NCBI GenBank assembly: GCA_035221665.1
Contig: CM069141.1
Coordinates: 42,036,001 to 42,100,000, forward strand
Reading direction: 5' to 3'
Source: Okamejei kenojei
Lineage: Eukaryota
DNA length: 64,000 nt
A model generated the notes under the pieces. The model saw only the letters and a program-made list of their open reading frames with translations, was not told the DNA's origin and did not search any database. This document shows positions 49,800 through 63,290 of this stretch, in pieces; position 1 is the first letter of the stretch, and every line of letters starts with the position of its first letter. Position numbers and translations under genes: made by a program.

Positions 49800-50980
49800 A
49801 CGAAAGAACTGCAGATGCTGGTAAAATCGAAGGTAGACACAAAATGCAGGAATAACTCAGCAGGGAAGCAGCATCTCTGGAGAGAAGGAATAGGCAACAT
49901 TTCGGGTCGAGACCCTTCTTCAGACTGATGTCAGGGGACGCGGTGGGACAAAAAAAGAATGTAGGCAGAGACAGTAAGACTACTGGGAGAACTGGGAAGG
50001 GGATGGAGAGAGAAAGCAAGGGCTATCTGAAGTTAGAGAAGTCAATTTTCATTAATACACTACCCAAGCGAAATATGAAGTGATGTTCTTCCAATTTGTG
50101 CAGATGGAAAGGTCAGATTGGGAATGGGAGTGCTGGGAGACAGCTAGGTTAAGACGGACTGAGCGGAGGTGTTCAGCAAAATGACCGAGCCTGTGCTTGG
50201 TCTCAAAGTTGGTAGAGAAGTTGTCACCTGGTACAGTGGATACAGTAGATGAGGTTGGAGGAGGTGCAAGTGAACCTCTGCCTCACCTGGAAAGAATGTT
50301 TGGGTCCTTGAATGAAGTAGAGGGGGGAGGTAAAATGACAGGTGTTGCATTTCCTGCGGTTGTAGGGGAAAGTACCTGGGGAGGGGGTGGTTTGTGTGGG
50401 AAGGGATAAGTTGGCCAGGGAGATACGGCCGAAACGGTCTCTACGGAAAGCAGAAAGGGGTGGAGATGGGAAGATGTGGCCAGTAGTGGGATCCCATTGG
50501 AGGTGGCGAAAATGTTGGAGGATTATATGCTGTATGCGACGGCTGATGGGGTGGAAGGTGATGACAAGGGGGGCTGTCCTTGTTACGAATGGGAGGGGGA
50601 ATAAGAACGGAACTGCGGGATATCGAGGAGACCCTTGTGAGAGCCTCATCTATAATGGAAGAGGGGAACCCCCGTTCCCTGAAGAATGAGGACATCTCTG
50701 ATGCCGTGGTATGGAACACCTTATTCTGGGCGCAGATGCGGCGCAGACGGAGGAATTTGGAGTAGGGGATAGAGTCTTTACAGGAAGCAGCGAAGGAAGA
50801 GGTGTAGTCAAGATAGCTATGGGGGTCAGTAGGTTTGTAGTAAATGTCGGTCAAAAGTCTGATTCCTGTGACGGAGATGGTGAGATCTAGAAATGGTGGG
50901 GAGATGTTGGAGATGGTCCAAGTGAATTGAATGCAGGATGGAAATTAGTGGATGTTGATGAAGTTTCCATCCTGCACTCA
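49800..50980 (-). mobile_element. Penelope-like element, 5'-truncated
   Basis: TDIYYKPTDPHSYLDYTSS..SIPYSKFLRLRRIC; RQRFTCTSSNLIYCI; terminal repeat at 49800-49930. Confidence 0.9.
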
Positions 50981-53900
50981 CTTACTTTCAGTGACTGATG
51001 TACAAGACGCCCAGGTCTCGTTGCACCTCCCCTTCTCCTAATCTGACACCATTCAGATAGTAATCTGCCTTCCTGTTCTTGCCACCAAAGTGGATAACCT
51101 CACATTTATCCATATTAAATCTGCCATGCTTCTGCCCACTCACCCAACCTATGCAAGTCACCCTGCAGCCTCATAGCATCCTCCTCACAGCTCACACTGC
51201 CACCCAGCTTTGTGTCATCTACAAATTTAGAGATGTTACATTTAATTCCCTCATCTAAATCGTTAATATACATTGTAAACAACTGGGGTCACAGCACACT
51301 AGTGACTGCCTGCCATTCTGAAAAGGACCCGTTAATTCCTACTCTTTGCTTTCTGTCTGCCAACCAGTTCCCTATCCATGTCAATACCCTACCCCCAATA
51401 CAATGTGCTCTAATTTTGCACTCTAATCTCTTGTGTAGGACCTTGTAGGCATTTTTGAAAGTCCAGGGACACCACATCTACTGGCTCTCCCTTATCCATT
51501 CTAATTGTTACAAACTGAAAAAAATCCAAAAGATTAGTCAAGCATGATTTCCCCTTCATAAATCCATGCTTACTTTGACCGATCATGTCACTGCTTTCCA
51601 AATGCGCTGCTATAACATCTTTAATAATCGACTCCAGCATCTTCCCCACTACCAATGCAAAGCTAACGGGTCTATAATACCCCATTTTCTCTCTCCCTCC
51701 TTTCTCAAAAAGTGGAGTTACATTGGCCACCCTCCTTTCCACAGGAACTGATACAGAGTCGAGAGAACATTGGAAAATGATCACCAATGATCATCCACGA
51801 TTTCTAGGGCCACCTCCTTGAGTACTCTGGGATGCAGACCATCAGGCCCTGGGGATTTATCTGCCTTCAGTCCTATCTAACTAATCCTTCCTCATTACTA
51901 GAGCCAGGATGTTTAGGCGCTAAAAACCTGAAATAGGCAGGCAAAAAGGCTTAATAAAATTACAAAAAAGGCATGAAAAATGCATTTATTGACAAAATAA
52001 ATCATTAAATGACCAAAGTTTCCACCACCAAAGTAACCATTAAATGACCAAAGTTGCCTGGTTGCACATAATTACTAGCATGTTTTTCAAATTATCTGGT
52101 GTTAAACTATGCCGTCTGTCAGACAGAATACGCTTCAGTTGTGAAAAACTTCTACCTCAGCTGAGGTCACTGGTGCATACCCTAAACAAGCTACCGACTC
52201 TATATTCATGTTAATAACTTGTGCATTACAGCTACCTTTGAGAACTTCAGCTATGTTTTGTATTTCTTCAAGATCTTTGTTAGCTAAAATCACTCTCTCA
52301 CATTTTCCTTGTATATCTTTACCTACATCACCAGGAATTTTACAGGTATTGTCAGTTACTTTGTTGAAAACCTGCAAGTTATTCGCTAATGTTTCGCCAC
52401 ATTTCTCAAGGGAAGTGACAGCTTGTGGGAAGTTTGCAAAATTGGAAGCAATGAACACAAGATCGCAGTGGAGGGTCTTTTTCGGCATGATTTCACTGAC
52501 GATCCTAACTGCAACAGATTCTTCTTCTTCAAAACAGTTGACGATTTATTTTATCTTTTCAAAATTTGCAGCATAGTAGAGTACAGCAGAGAGCCATGTA
52601 CCCCACCTAGTCAAAATGGGCTGAGGAGGTAGCGGAATCTCGGGTGCCATTTCCTTGAACACTGCACACGTGACAGTGCTTTGAGGAAGATTTTCTTGAC
52701 ATTGGAAACTAGGCGATCGACATTTGGGAACAAGCCACATATGTGCTTGACAATTCTATGAAGTCCTTGAGCTAAGCATGTCAAATGCAAAACCTTGGGG
52801 ATTAAAACTTTAAGAGCACCCAGAGAGATGTGAATTTGTGGAATTCCCTGCCACAGAGGGCAGTGGAGGCCAAATTACTGGTTGGATTTAAGAGAGAGTT
52901 GGATAGAGCTCTAGGGGCTAGTGGAATCGAGGGATATGGGGAGAAGGCAGGCACGGGTTATTGATTGAGGACAATCAGCCATGATCACAATGAATGGCGG
53001 TGCTGGCTCGAAGGGCCTAATGGCCTCCTCCTGCACCTATTTTCTATGCTTCTGACACGAACCGCTATTTTTATGTACGGAGCTGCATCAGTCACAAACA
53101 GAAGAACATTCTTGTGTTTTACACCTTCTGGCCAAAGTACAGCAAGTGAAGATGTAAACAACTGAGCAATAGTTGAGCTGTTTGACTTATCCAATACTTC
53201 CAATGTCAACAATTACTCCTTTGATAGTTGACCTGCCTCCAGGGTACTGATGACAACATTGGCAACATACCTCCCCACAATATCGGCTGTCTCGTCTATT
53301 GAGATCCATATGTTGTTGCGTGCAACTTCATGTCAAATTTTCTGCACAACAATGTGGAAGTTGCTGTCAACATAATTTTTCCGTAATAATGACTTGCTTG
53401 GTTTCTGTTCCTCTGTGTATTTCTCTAAAAAAAAACCTCTGAGAGATTTGTTTCCCAATTTCCACAGTGGAATTCCAGCATCAATGAATGCCTTGCACAG
53501 ATCACTCAAACGCAGATTTACGACTGGAGCCAGCAGTAAATGTAGTGAGATGACAAGTTTGGGTATTTTGCTTGTGCAATCTACACCCCAGTGGTATCAA
53601 CATTGTCTTCTCTAATTTTAGATAGCCCTTGTCTTCGCCCTCTCACCCTTCCCATCTCTCCTCTACTATCTCTGCCTCTTCCTTTCTTTTTCCCGCCCCC
53701 TCCTCCCACATCAGTCTGAAGAAGGGTCTTGACACGAAATGTCACCTATTCCTTCTATCCATAGATGCTGCCTCACCCACTGAATTTCTCCTGCATTTTT
53801 TGTGTACCTATGCTTTTTCCAGTACCTGCAGTTCTTTCTTAAATAGATCTTGGAGCAGGCTGAACCAGCGGGCAGCAGCATGAATGAATGAACGACCGAC

Positions 53901-55500
53901 GGTGGCGCTCCCGGTTTTGCCCCAGTGGTGGAAATGTTCTCGTAAGTTATACTGTTAACACATTAATAATAACATTAATAACATTAATATTAACGTGTTA
54001 ACAAAGAAAATGTCGTTGTAATCACGGTACAGTTAGAGAAAATAGCACAACTTAGCAAAATGGCAAAAAAAGGCTGAATCATCAAAAAAGGCATGAAAAA
54101 GCACATGGCATTTATGGCAAAATCCTGGCTCTACTAATTACACAATGCTCAGTCTAGGATGGCGTTCTCTCCAGTTGGTTCTTCTACATATTGGTTAAAA
54201 CACCCAGCACGTACACATTCCAAGAAATCCTCCTCCTCAGCACTGCTACCAATTTGGTTGGACCAATCTATATGTAGATCAGTCTCCCATGATAACTGCT
54301 GTAGCTTTGTTACACGCATCCCTAATTTCCTGCTTGATGCTATCCCCAACCTCCCTACTGCTGTTTGGTGGTCTGTGCATTTTCTGCCCTTCACTATTTG
54401 ACAGCTATCCATACCGATTCTACAGCATCCAAGCTAATGTCTCTGCTTGCTATTGCATTAATCTCCACTTTAACCAGCAATGCCATCCCGCCTCCTCGTC
54501 CTTTCTGTCTATCTTCTGAATATCATAATTCCCAGCACCAATATAAGCTCCAAATTCAAAAGCTTTACCCACAATACTCCTTGCATTGAAGAAAAAACAC
54601 CTCAGACATTCGTCATGCACATATTCATGAACCACTGCCTGTCCATCCTTTGAGACTTACTTGTCATAATCTCCACTTTCTCATCAGCCCTTCCATTTGC
54701 AGACCTGCTGCTCTGGTTTCTACCTTCCTGCCACTCTAGCTTAAACCCTCCCGAGTAGCACCAGCAGACCTCGCTAAAAGAATGTTCGTGCCCCTCCAGT
54801 TCAAGTGAAATCCTTCACTCTTGTACAGGTACCCTCTGCCCTAGAAGCAATTCCAATGGTCCAAAGATCTAAATTCATATCTCCTGCAACAACTCCTCAG
54901 CCATGCATTCATCCTAACCTCCTATTGCTACCCTCATTAACACGTGGCACTGATAGTAATCCAGAGATTACCACCCTCAAGGTCCTGCATTTTAACCTTT
55001 TGCCCAACTCCCTATATTCACTCTGCAGGACCTAATCTTTCCTACCCATGTTATTTGTGTCAACATGCATTACGACCTGGCTGCTCACCCTCCCCCTTGA
55101 AAATGTTCTGCAGCTGCTCCGAGGCATCCTGGGCCCTGGCACCATGGAGGCAACAGAGCATACTGGAGTCTAGTTTGCTGCTACAGAATCCCTCATCAGT
55201 CTCCGATCTATCGAATCTCCTATCATTATAACCGTGCCCAACGTCTCCCTACCCCACAATGCCTCAGAGCCAGGCCCAATGTCACATACCTGACTGCTGC
55301 TGCCCCCTGAACGTCCATAGCGTTCAAAAGCGTATACCTGTTTTTCCAGGGGAATGGCCACGGGAGATTCCTGAACTCTCTACCTACTCCCTATCCTGGT
55401 GGTCATCCATCAATTTTCTGCCTGCGCCTTAGGTGTGACAACCTTGCTATAGCTCCTTATTATGACTGGCTCACTCTCCTGGATTAGCCAATGTCATCAA
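50980..55500 (-). mobile_element. CR1 LINE(s) with ORF1 esterase remnant, split by a hAT transposon
   Basis: RT ORFs 51289-51787; endonuclease FFNARSIVGK at 54450-54635; SGNH-like IGDSI at 55170-55361. Confidence 0.8.
51899..54133 (-). mobile_element. hAT DNA transposon with decayed transposase (CGGBP1/DUF659-related type)
   Basis: TIRs TAGAGCCAGGAT / ATCCTGGCTCTA; 8-bp TSD ctcattac / ctaattac; motifs [37 protein letters not shown]. Nested CR1 tail (52822-53050) and Penelope end (53583-53845). Confidence 0.9.
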
Positions 55501-55944
55501 ACTACAGCTCCAGTTTCATTATTGATCCTTTCATTTTCTGCAACACATACTTTGTTACACTTTTTAAATATAGAAACTTTTTTTACAATTCTGAATAGAT
55601 CTCTCATACTGTAATTACTGTTCCTTGTTGAACTTCCAGTAATTTTTAACTATTTGTAATTTGTATAATCTTCTCATCTGCTGTCTATATTAAAGCAATT
55701 ATTAGTTTTTTCTCTAAGTTTGGTGAAAACATCACCTTCTGAGTTTACTGGAGGCCATCCAAATATCCAATTTCATGCATGCCAGTTCATTTTAATGAAC
55801 TGATCCTTTAACCTAATTTGCCAGCATACATACTTCTTTCTGCTTTTGTCATAATTGTCCTTATTGATGTTGAAATGTTGATGTTGAAATTACTTGTCAT
55901 GGACCAATTCTTTCTTTCTTTTAGTTGAATGGATTAATTGTTGA

Positions 55945-56750
55945 AGGGAGGAGGTCCAGCTCCTAGCAGCATGGTGCGCTGACAACCTGGCCCTTAACAC
56001 CAAGAAGTCCAAGGAGCTCATTGTGGACTACAGAAGGTCTAGGGGTGGCACGCACACCACCATCCATATTAACGGGACAGAGGTGGAGCGTGTTTCCAGC
56101 TTCAGGTTTCTGGGGGTCAACATCTCTGATGACCTTTCTTGGACCCACAATACCTTAACACTGGTCAAGAAGGCTCACCAGTGTCTCTTCTTCCTGAGGA
56201 GACTAAAGAAGGTCCACCTGTCTCCTCAGATTCTGGTGAACTTCTACCGCTGCGCCATCGAAAGCATCCTTACCAACTGTATCACAGTATGGTATGGCAA
56301 CTGCTCTGTCTCCAACCGGAAAGCTCTGCAGAGAGTGGTGAAAACTGCCCAACGTAATACCAGTTCCTCACTCCCCTCCACTGAGTCTGTCCAGAGCAAG
56401 CGATGTCTGCGAAGGGCGCGCAGCATCGTCAAGGACTGGTCTCACCACAACTACAGACTGTTTACCCTCCTCCCATCTGGGAGACGCTACAGGTCTCTCC
56501 GTTTCCGGACCAGCAGGTTCAGGAACAGCTCTTCCCTGCGGGTGTTACCCTACTTAACTCTGCACCTTGGCGATTGCCAGTCATCCCCCCCGCCCTGAAA
56601 ATTGCACTACTGCTACTGTATAAACATAAATATATTTTACTATCCCGTTATTCTGTGTTCGCACTTCTGGGTGAGATGCTAACTGCATTTCGTTGTCTCT
56701 GTACTTGTACACTGCACAATGACAATAAAGTTTTGGATATTGAATCTTGA
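55945..56750 (+). mobile_element. Rex1/Babar-type LINE 3' fragment
   Basis: ORF 56023-56598 VERVSSFRFLGVNISDDLSW..KKAHQCLFFLRRLKK..ESILTNCITVWYG; tail gacaataaag. Confidence 0.88.
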
Positions 56751-56754
56751 AATA

Positions 56755-57365
56755 TTAGATTGTCCCTCTTGGCAGTCATTTGTGCGCCATAGGTAAAATA
56801 AGTCGACGCGTGGGGTGCGCATGGGTGACGCACGCATTGCGCATGGTGAGACGTGGAATTGCATGCAGTGGCGCGCGGTGCTCCAGGATTTCCGTGTACC
56901 AAAATCCTCGGTCGCCAACTGCATGACGCATTGGCTTCGCACGCTATATCGCATGGTTACGTCACTGCGCGTCAATGTCTGTAAACATGCGGCGCCGCAT
57001 GTCACACATACGCAGTCGGCCCGCCTTTTACGCGTCATGTAACTAACCTCGTCCACACAGACCTCTTCATGGGTTTCCTGCTAGCCTTTCTTGTACTTCT
57101 GCCTGGCTGATCTGTAAGTATGAGGGCTGCTGCTAACAGATGTCTCTGTTGTTGCTGTAGCAATAAAATCTGTAGTTCTTCCATGATGGTCATGACGCAG
57201 AATAGGGAAGCAGGGTATTCTAATGACGTCACGCGCACCAGACGGCTGTGCTGATGCATGATGACGCGTGATTTGCGTGTGATGTCGTGCGTCATGACAT
57301 GTCGACCTATTTAACATATGACGCATAAATGAGGCGCAAATGACGGCCAAGTGGGATAGGCCCTT
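56755..57365 (-). mobile_element. Internally deleted PIF/Harbinger element
   Basis: Subterminal inverted repeats (ttggcagtcatttgtgcgcc / ggcgcaaatgacggccaagtgggataggccc); short ORF ending KRSVWTR resembles a Harbinger transposase N-terminus. Confidence 0.7.
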
Positions 57366-57949
57366 TAGGCAGACCTTCACGATTATTTCATCAATTATTA
57401 ATTAGTAGCTTAATGCTTGCAGCAACAGTTTCAAAATATTAGTTGCTGTGCTGTTATTATACTGCCATTTTTTAATGTCCATCCCACAACCTGATAACCC
57501 TTTACGCAAAGAATTAATTAATATTTCAATATTTATTACTAATTAAGTAACATTGGGCCCATGAATGAGATATACATAAAAAAGACTCAGCTCAAGAATA
57601 AATTTATATGAAATGCACATTGGAATAAAAGTATTTGGGTACTATTTGCAATGTGCCCAAAAACATGCTTTCAGTCTGAATCATGCATATAAAATAGGTG
57701 CTTTCTGTGTGTAAATTGGTAGAAGTGGCATTGATCTACATTCAATGATCATCATTAGAAGAATGATGAGGGATCAAAAAACAGTGAGAGTTAGACCAAT
57801 TAATTTAATATCTGCTATCAGGAAATTACTTGTCTTTAACAAAGGATAATAAACACATGGAGAATTTGCAACTGATCAGACAGCCAGAAAGGCTGCTCGT
57901 ACCCAATAAACATAATTATCAACTTCCATTTACATGGATTTGCACAAGG

Positions 57950-58725
57950 CAATAGACATAATAGACTATATGTGCAGGAGTACGCCATTCGGCCCTTCGA
58001 GCCAGCACCGCTATTCATTGTGATCATTCCCAATCAGTATCCTGTTCCTGCCTTCTCCCCATATCCCCTGGCTCCGCTATCTTTAAGAGCCCTATCTAGC
58101 TCTCTTGAAAGTATCCAGAGAACCAGCCTCCACTGCCCTCTGAGGCAGAGAATTCCAGACTCACAACTGTTTGTGAGAAAAAATGTTTCCTCTTCTGCGT
58201 TCTAAATGGCTTACCCCTTATTCTTAACCTGTGGCCCCTGGTTCTAGACACCCCCAACATCGGGAACATGTTTCCTGCCTCTAGCGTGTCCAAACCTTTA
58301 ATAATCTTATATGTTTCAATAAGATCCCCTCTCATCCTTCTAAACTCCAGAGTTATATAAGCCCAGCCGCTCCATTCTCTCAGCATATGACAGTCCCGCC
58401 ATCCTGGGAATTAACCTTGTAAACCTACGCTGCACTCCCTCAATAGCAAGAATGTCCTTCCTGAAATTAGGGGACCAAAACTATATTCCAGGTGTGGTCT
58501 CACTAGGGCCCTATACAACTGCAGAAGGACCACTTTGCTCCTATACTCAACTCCTCTAGTTATAAAGGTCAACATGCCATTCGCTTTCTTTACTGCCTGC
58601 TGTACCTGCATGCTTACTTTCATTGAATGATGAACAAGGACCTCCAGATCCTGTTGTACTTCCCCTTTTCCCAGCTTGACACCATTTAGATAGTAATCTG
58701 CCTTCTTGTTTTAGCTACCAAAGGC
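57950..58725 (-). mobile_element. CR1 LINE 3' fragment
   Basis: QVQQAVKKANGML and RMRGDLIETYKIIKG; (ctattgt)-type tail. Confidence 0.9.
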
Positions 58726-59031
58726 ATTTGATAAAACATAGGTAGCTAAATTAGAAGGACATAGAAGGCCAATAGGGGAAATAATTTAATTTGATAATCA
58801 TATGAAATTTGCTGAGCAAAAACTCAAGAGATTTTTTCCATTTCGCTAGCGATTTCACTTTTACATTCGTAAATCCACTCATTACATTTAGACATTTTTA
58901 TGTACATTTTTTAATTTAATAAAATTCCCCCCCCCCCCAAACTCACTCATTTTGTCGGCTTCTGCTCTCTCCCCCCCCCCCCCCTGACATTTTTCTTATT
59001 TCGCTGGTGATTTAACTGCCTCCATTTCCCC

Positions 59032-59065
<34 letters not shown>

Positions 59066-59143
59066 CATGCGTTTCTGTTTGTGTGTCTATGTGTGGGAGT
59101 GTGTGTGTGTGCGTGTTCGTCTGTGTGTCTGTCTCTGTGTTCC

Positions 59144-59175
<32 letters not shown>
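59032..59175. repeat. Compound (TG)n microsatellite
   Basis: Read directly. Confidence 0.95.
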
Positions 59176-59177
59176 AA

Positions 59178-59705
59178 GTCAAATCAAATCAAGTTTATTC
59201 GTCACATACACAAACGAGATGTGCAGTGAAATGAAAAGTGGCAATGCTCACGGATTGTGCAAAAAAACAAAAACAAATTACAACTAGAATGGAACAGAAT
59301 CGCATATTTTTTGGGAGGGAAGAAAAAGGGGGAAAAAAGGGAAAAAACAGCCATTTTAAAAAGACACCACACAACAGTAAAATTGTACAGTAAAGTTAGT
59401 CCCTGGAGAGATAGTTTACAGTCCTAATGGCCTCTGGGAAGAAACTCCTTCTCATCCTCTCCGTTCTCACAGCATGGCAACGGAGGCGTTTGCCTGACCG
59501 TAGCAGCTGGAACAATCCGTTGCTGGTGTGGAAGGGGTCTCCCATGATCCTGTTGGCTCTGGAGTTGCACCTTCTGATGTATAGTTCCTGAAGGGGGGCG
59601 AGTATAGTTCCCATAGTGCGTCCGGCTGAACACACTACTCTCTGCAGAGCATTCTTGTCCAGTTCCCAAACCAAATCATATTTCCGGACAAGATGCTTTC
59701 CACAG
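59178..59705 (-). mobile_element. Rex1-type LINE 3' fragment
   Basis: ALQRVVCSAGRTMG..LFQLLRSGKRLR..RRSFFPEAIR; (gattt)n tail. Confidence 0.8.
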
Positions 59706-59789
59706 CCGCTGTGTTTCTGCGTGTGTGTGCGTGTGCATGTGTATGTGTTGTGTGTGTGTGTGTGTGTGTGTGTCTGTGGGTGTGTAGCT

Positions 59790-62700
59790 GCTTGCATTGT
59801 TGCTGCTGCTGCCAACGATAGCAGCCACGGTGTACTGCTCCTTGTTGGTTTGTATGCGTTTGTTCGTTTGTGTCATCTGTGAAAACCCTACAAAGATTAC
59901 CTTCACGAGAGAGGTACTCATAAACATCGGACATACAGTACCTCCAAACATCGATCCGGATTTCTCTCACTCGCTGGATTATTTGGACATACTCGTCGGC
60001 GGGGCTGTGGCTTGAGATGGAGGACCCGTGGGAAGCGCTCTGGAGCACTCACCCGACACCGGCGACGAGGATCACGCACACCACTCCCGAGCATATTCCT
60101 GGCAAACGTACGTTCTCTCAAGAACAGAGTGGACGAACTACAACTCCTGCACCGGACAAACAAGGACTTCTCTCGAGCTGCTACCCTGTGTTTCATCGAG
60201 CTGGCTTCCAACTTCACAGAGCGGACCGCGAAATGGAGGCAGCAGGGAAATCAAGAGGCAGTCAGCTTTTGCGAGGACAGTTGCATTCCAACTAAGACCC
60301 GGACATGGTTCAACAACAAGCCCTGGTTCACTGCAGAACTCAGACAGCTCCGACGGTCTAAAGAGGAGGCCTACAGGAGCGGGGATGCAGACCTCTACAG
60401 GCTGGCCAAGTACAAGCTGAGAAGAGGAATCAGAGCTGCCAAGGAAAGGTACTCTGAGCAAGTGACTCTTCGTCAGTTTGGAAGGGCTTGCAAGAAATTA
60501 CCAGCTACAAGAGGAAAGCCCCCTGCTCTTTGCACAGTCATCAGCTGACCAACAACCTGAATGAGTTTTACTGCAGGTTTGAAAATCATAAAAGTAACCC
60601 TGGTACCCCCTCCCACCCTCCCCAACCAACACAGCCAGACCCCAGTCTACAAAGAGTGGACCCTGCACCCTCTCCTTCCCATTCACCACTTCATACCTAC
60701 TTAAGGCAAGACTACAGTACAAAAAGACTGGACCCATCCCCCTCCAATCACCACTTCACACCCAATCACCCACACCCTCTGTGATGCACAACATCACTTA
60801 TCCAATATCAATTTTAAATAAGAGGTGGAGAGGCTTTTCAGAGGACAAAAAAGCTGGAAATCTCCAGGACCTGACAATGTTTCTCCCTCTACTCTTAAGC
60901 TCTGTGCCAAACAGCTGGCACCAGTCTATTCAGACATTTTTAACTAGTCCCAGCAAACATGTACTGTTCCTGCCTGCTTCAAACTCTCCACTATTTTCCC
61001 TGTACCCAAAAAGGCAAGGATTACTTGTCTTAATGACTACAGGCCTGTCGCACTGACCTCTCTAGTCATGAAAACACTTGAAAGGCTTGTGCTGGCCAAG
61101 CTGAAAAATATCACAAACCCCCGGCTGGACCCTCTGCAGTTTGCATGTCGAGCCAATAGATCTTGGTTCTTGGTTACTTGGTCCTCCAAAATATTCCTAC
61201 TGGAATTTAAACTGGAGGTGGTGAAGGGAGGGGTTAAGCCAGAGAGGGTTATTGGGAAGAAAGTGCCACTTTAACTTTAGTTGCCTCTGGCTAGGCAACT
61301 GTGGCTTGAATCCACCATACAGCCTTACAGTTAAAAATAAAGAACACAACATGGAGTAGAAATTCAACATAAAACATCCCCTCACAGCAGGATCAAAGTT
61401 TCCCGCTGTGAGGGAAGGCACCAAAGTCAGTCTCTTCCCCTGATGTTCCCCACTGTTCACCCGTGGTTGGGGCCTCCCCGAGCCCTCCAGTCGTCACTAC
61501 GGGCGGCCCGATGTTCAGGCCCGCTCTGCGGGGTGATGCAAGTCCGACGTCGGGGCTGGGGGAAGTCCTCAGCGGCCCGGACCTCGAGTTGGCTACCTCC
61601 TACCGGAGGCCGCGGCTCCCAAGTCCGCAGGCCGCGCCGGGTGGAGACGCAATGCTGGAGGCCCTCAGCAAAGGGCCCCAGGACTCCATGGAGTTCAGCG
61701 CCGCCTGCGTTGGAAGCTCTCCCAACCAGAGCTCCACGATGTTGGATCAGTGGCCCAAAGCTCCGGAGCTCCAACGGCGACCCAGGTAGGTATCGCCCGC
61801 TCCGCGGTGACTCCAGAGCCGCCGCTGTTGCAGCTCTGGTCCGGTTCCCGGTCCCCGGCAGGAGAGGCCGCTCCGATCCAGGAGGTAGGCCGCAAGGTGG
61901 GGGGCGAGGACGCGACTCGGAGAAATAGTCGCGTCCCCGCCAGGAAGCGACTGGGAGTTAGTTTCCCCCTTACCCTGCCCCCCCTCCCCCACATATAAAA
62001 GTTAAAGTTTCCCCAAAAACAAACTTTAAACTGACTAAAAATTAAAAAAAGATGGAAAAACAAACGGGCTGCAGGCAGAGGCTGCTGTCAGTGCAGCGCC
62101 CCCTAGATGGTGATCTGTGAATGATGCAGTCAACCTGGGCCTGCACTTCATCCTACAGCACCTAGACCGCCAGGGGACTTACTCGAGGATCCTGTTTGTT
62201 GATTTTTAGTTCTGCATTCAACACCATTGTGCCAGAGCTACTACACTTCAAACTTTCCGAGTTGACTGTGCTGAACCCCTCTGTCGGTGGATCACCAGCT
62301 TCCTGACAGACAGGAAGTGGACCCACAAACGCTTAGCATAGGAGCACCGCAAGGCTGCGTACTCTCTCCTCTCCTCTACACCAACGACTGCACCTCCACA
62401 GACACCTCTGTCAAGCTTTTCAAGTTTGCGGACGACACAACCCTGATTGGACTGATCCAGGATGGGGAGGAATTTGCCTGCAGACAGGAAGTGTCACAGC
62501 TGGCGTCCTGTTGTCGTCGCAACAACCTGGAACTCAATGCTCTTAAGACAGTGGAATTGATTGTAGACTTTAGGAGAGCTCTCCCTCCCCTTACCCCACT
62601 CACCATCAACAACACCACAGTCACATCTGTGGAGTCTTTTAAGTTCCTGGGAACCATGATCTCCAAGGACTTTAAGTGGGGGACTACCATCGACTCCACA

Positions 62701-63290
62701 GTCAAAAAGGCACAACAGAGGATGTACTTCCTACGGCAGCTGAGGAAGCACAATCTGCCACAGGTAATGATGGTCTAATTCTACACAGCCATCGTAGAGT
62801 CTGTTCTCACCTTCCCCCATCATAGTCTGATTTGGCTCAGCCACCAAGCACGACACCTGGAGGCTGCAGTGAATCGTCCGATCAGCAGAGAAGGTTATTG
62901 GCTGCAACCTTCCCTCCATTGATGAACTGTGCACTGCAAGGGCCAGGAAGCGTGCGGGCAAGATCATCTCTGACCCCTCTCACCCTGGCCACAAACTCTT
63001 TGAATCACTTCCCTCTAGAAGACGATGCCAGACTGTCAAAGCTGCCAGCCAGACATAAAAACAGTTTTTATCAACGAATAGTTACTCTACTCAACAGCCA
63101 AAAATCTGTAGCCTCCCTTTGATCTGGTATTTTGTTGGTTCACATGCTTGATCAATGGTGCTTTATCATGAATGTTTAGTGTTTTCCGAGTCATTCGTAA
63201 CTGTCACTGTATGTCATGTTGTTACTTGTGGGCGGAGCACCAAGGCAAATTCCTTGTATGTGAATACTTGGCCAAAAAACGTACTTACTT
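59790..63290 (+). mobile_element. Rex1/Babar-type LINE, near full length with deletions
   Basis: [60 protein letters not shown]; tail (actt)n at about 63283. Confidence 0.9.
61162..62112 (-). mobile_element. Unclassified GC-rich non-autonomous retroposon nested in the Rex1 LINE
   Basis: Host gccaatagatc|tgtgaatgatgc is split with gatc repeated on both sides; (accaaga)n-like tail at left; no coding motif recognised. Confidence 0.55.

Noticed and set aside
56023-56598. 191-aa ORF as a host gene
   Set aside because: It is the C-terminal part of a Rex1-type LINE ORF.
41600-58000. Exons of a neighbouring TIM paralogue upstream
   Set aside because: No IgV, mucin or TM exon with convincing splice sites was found in the unique stretches. 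Small exons could have been missed.
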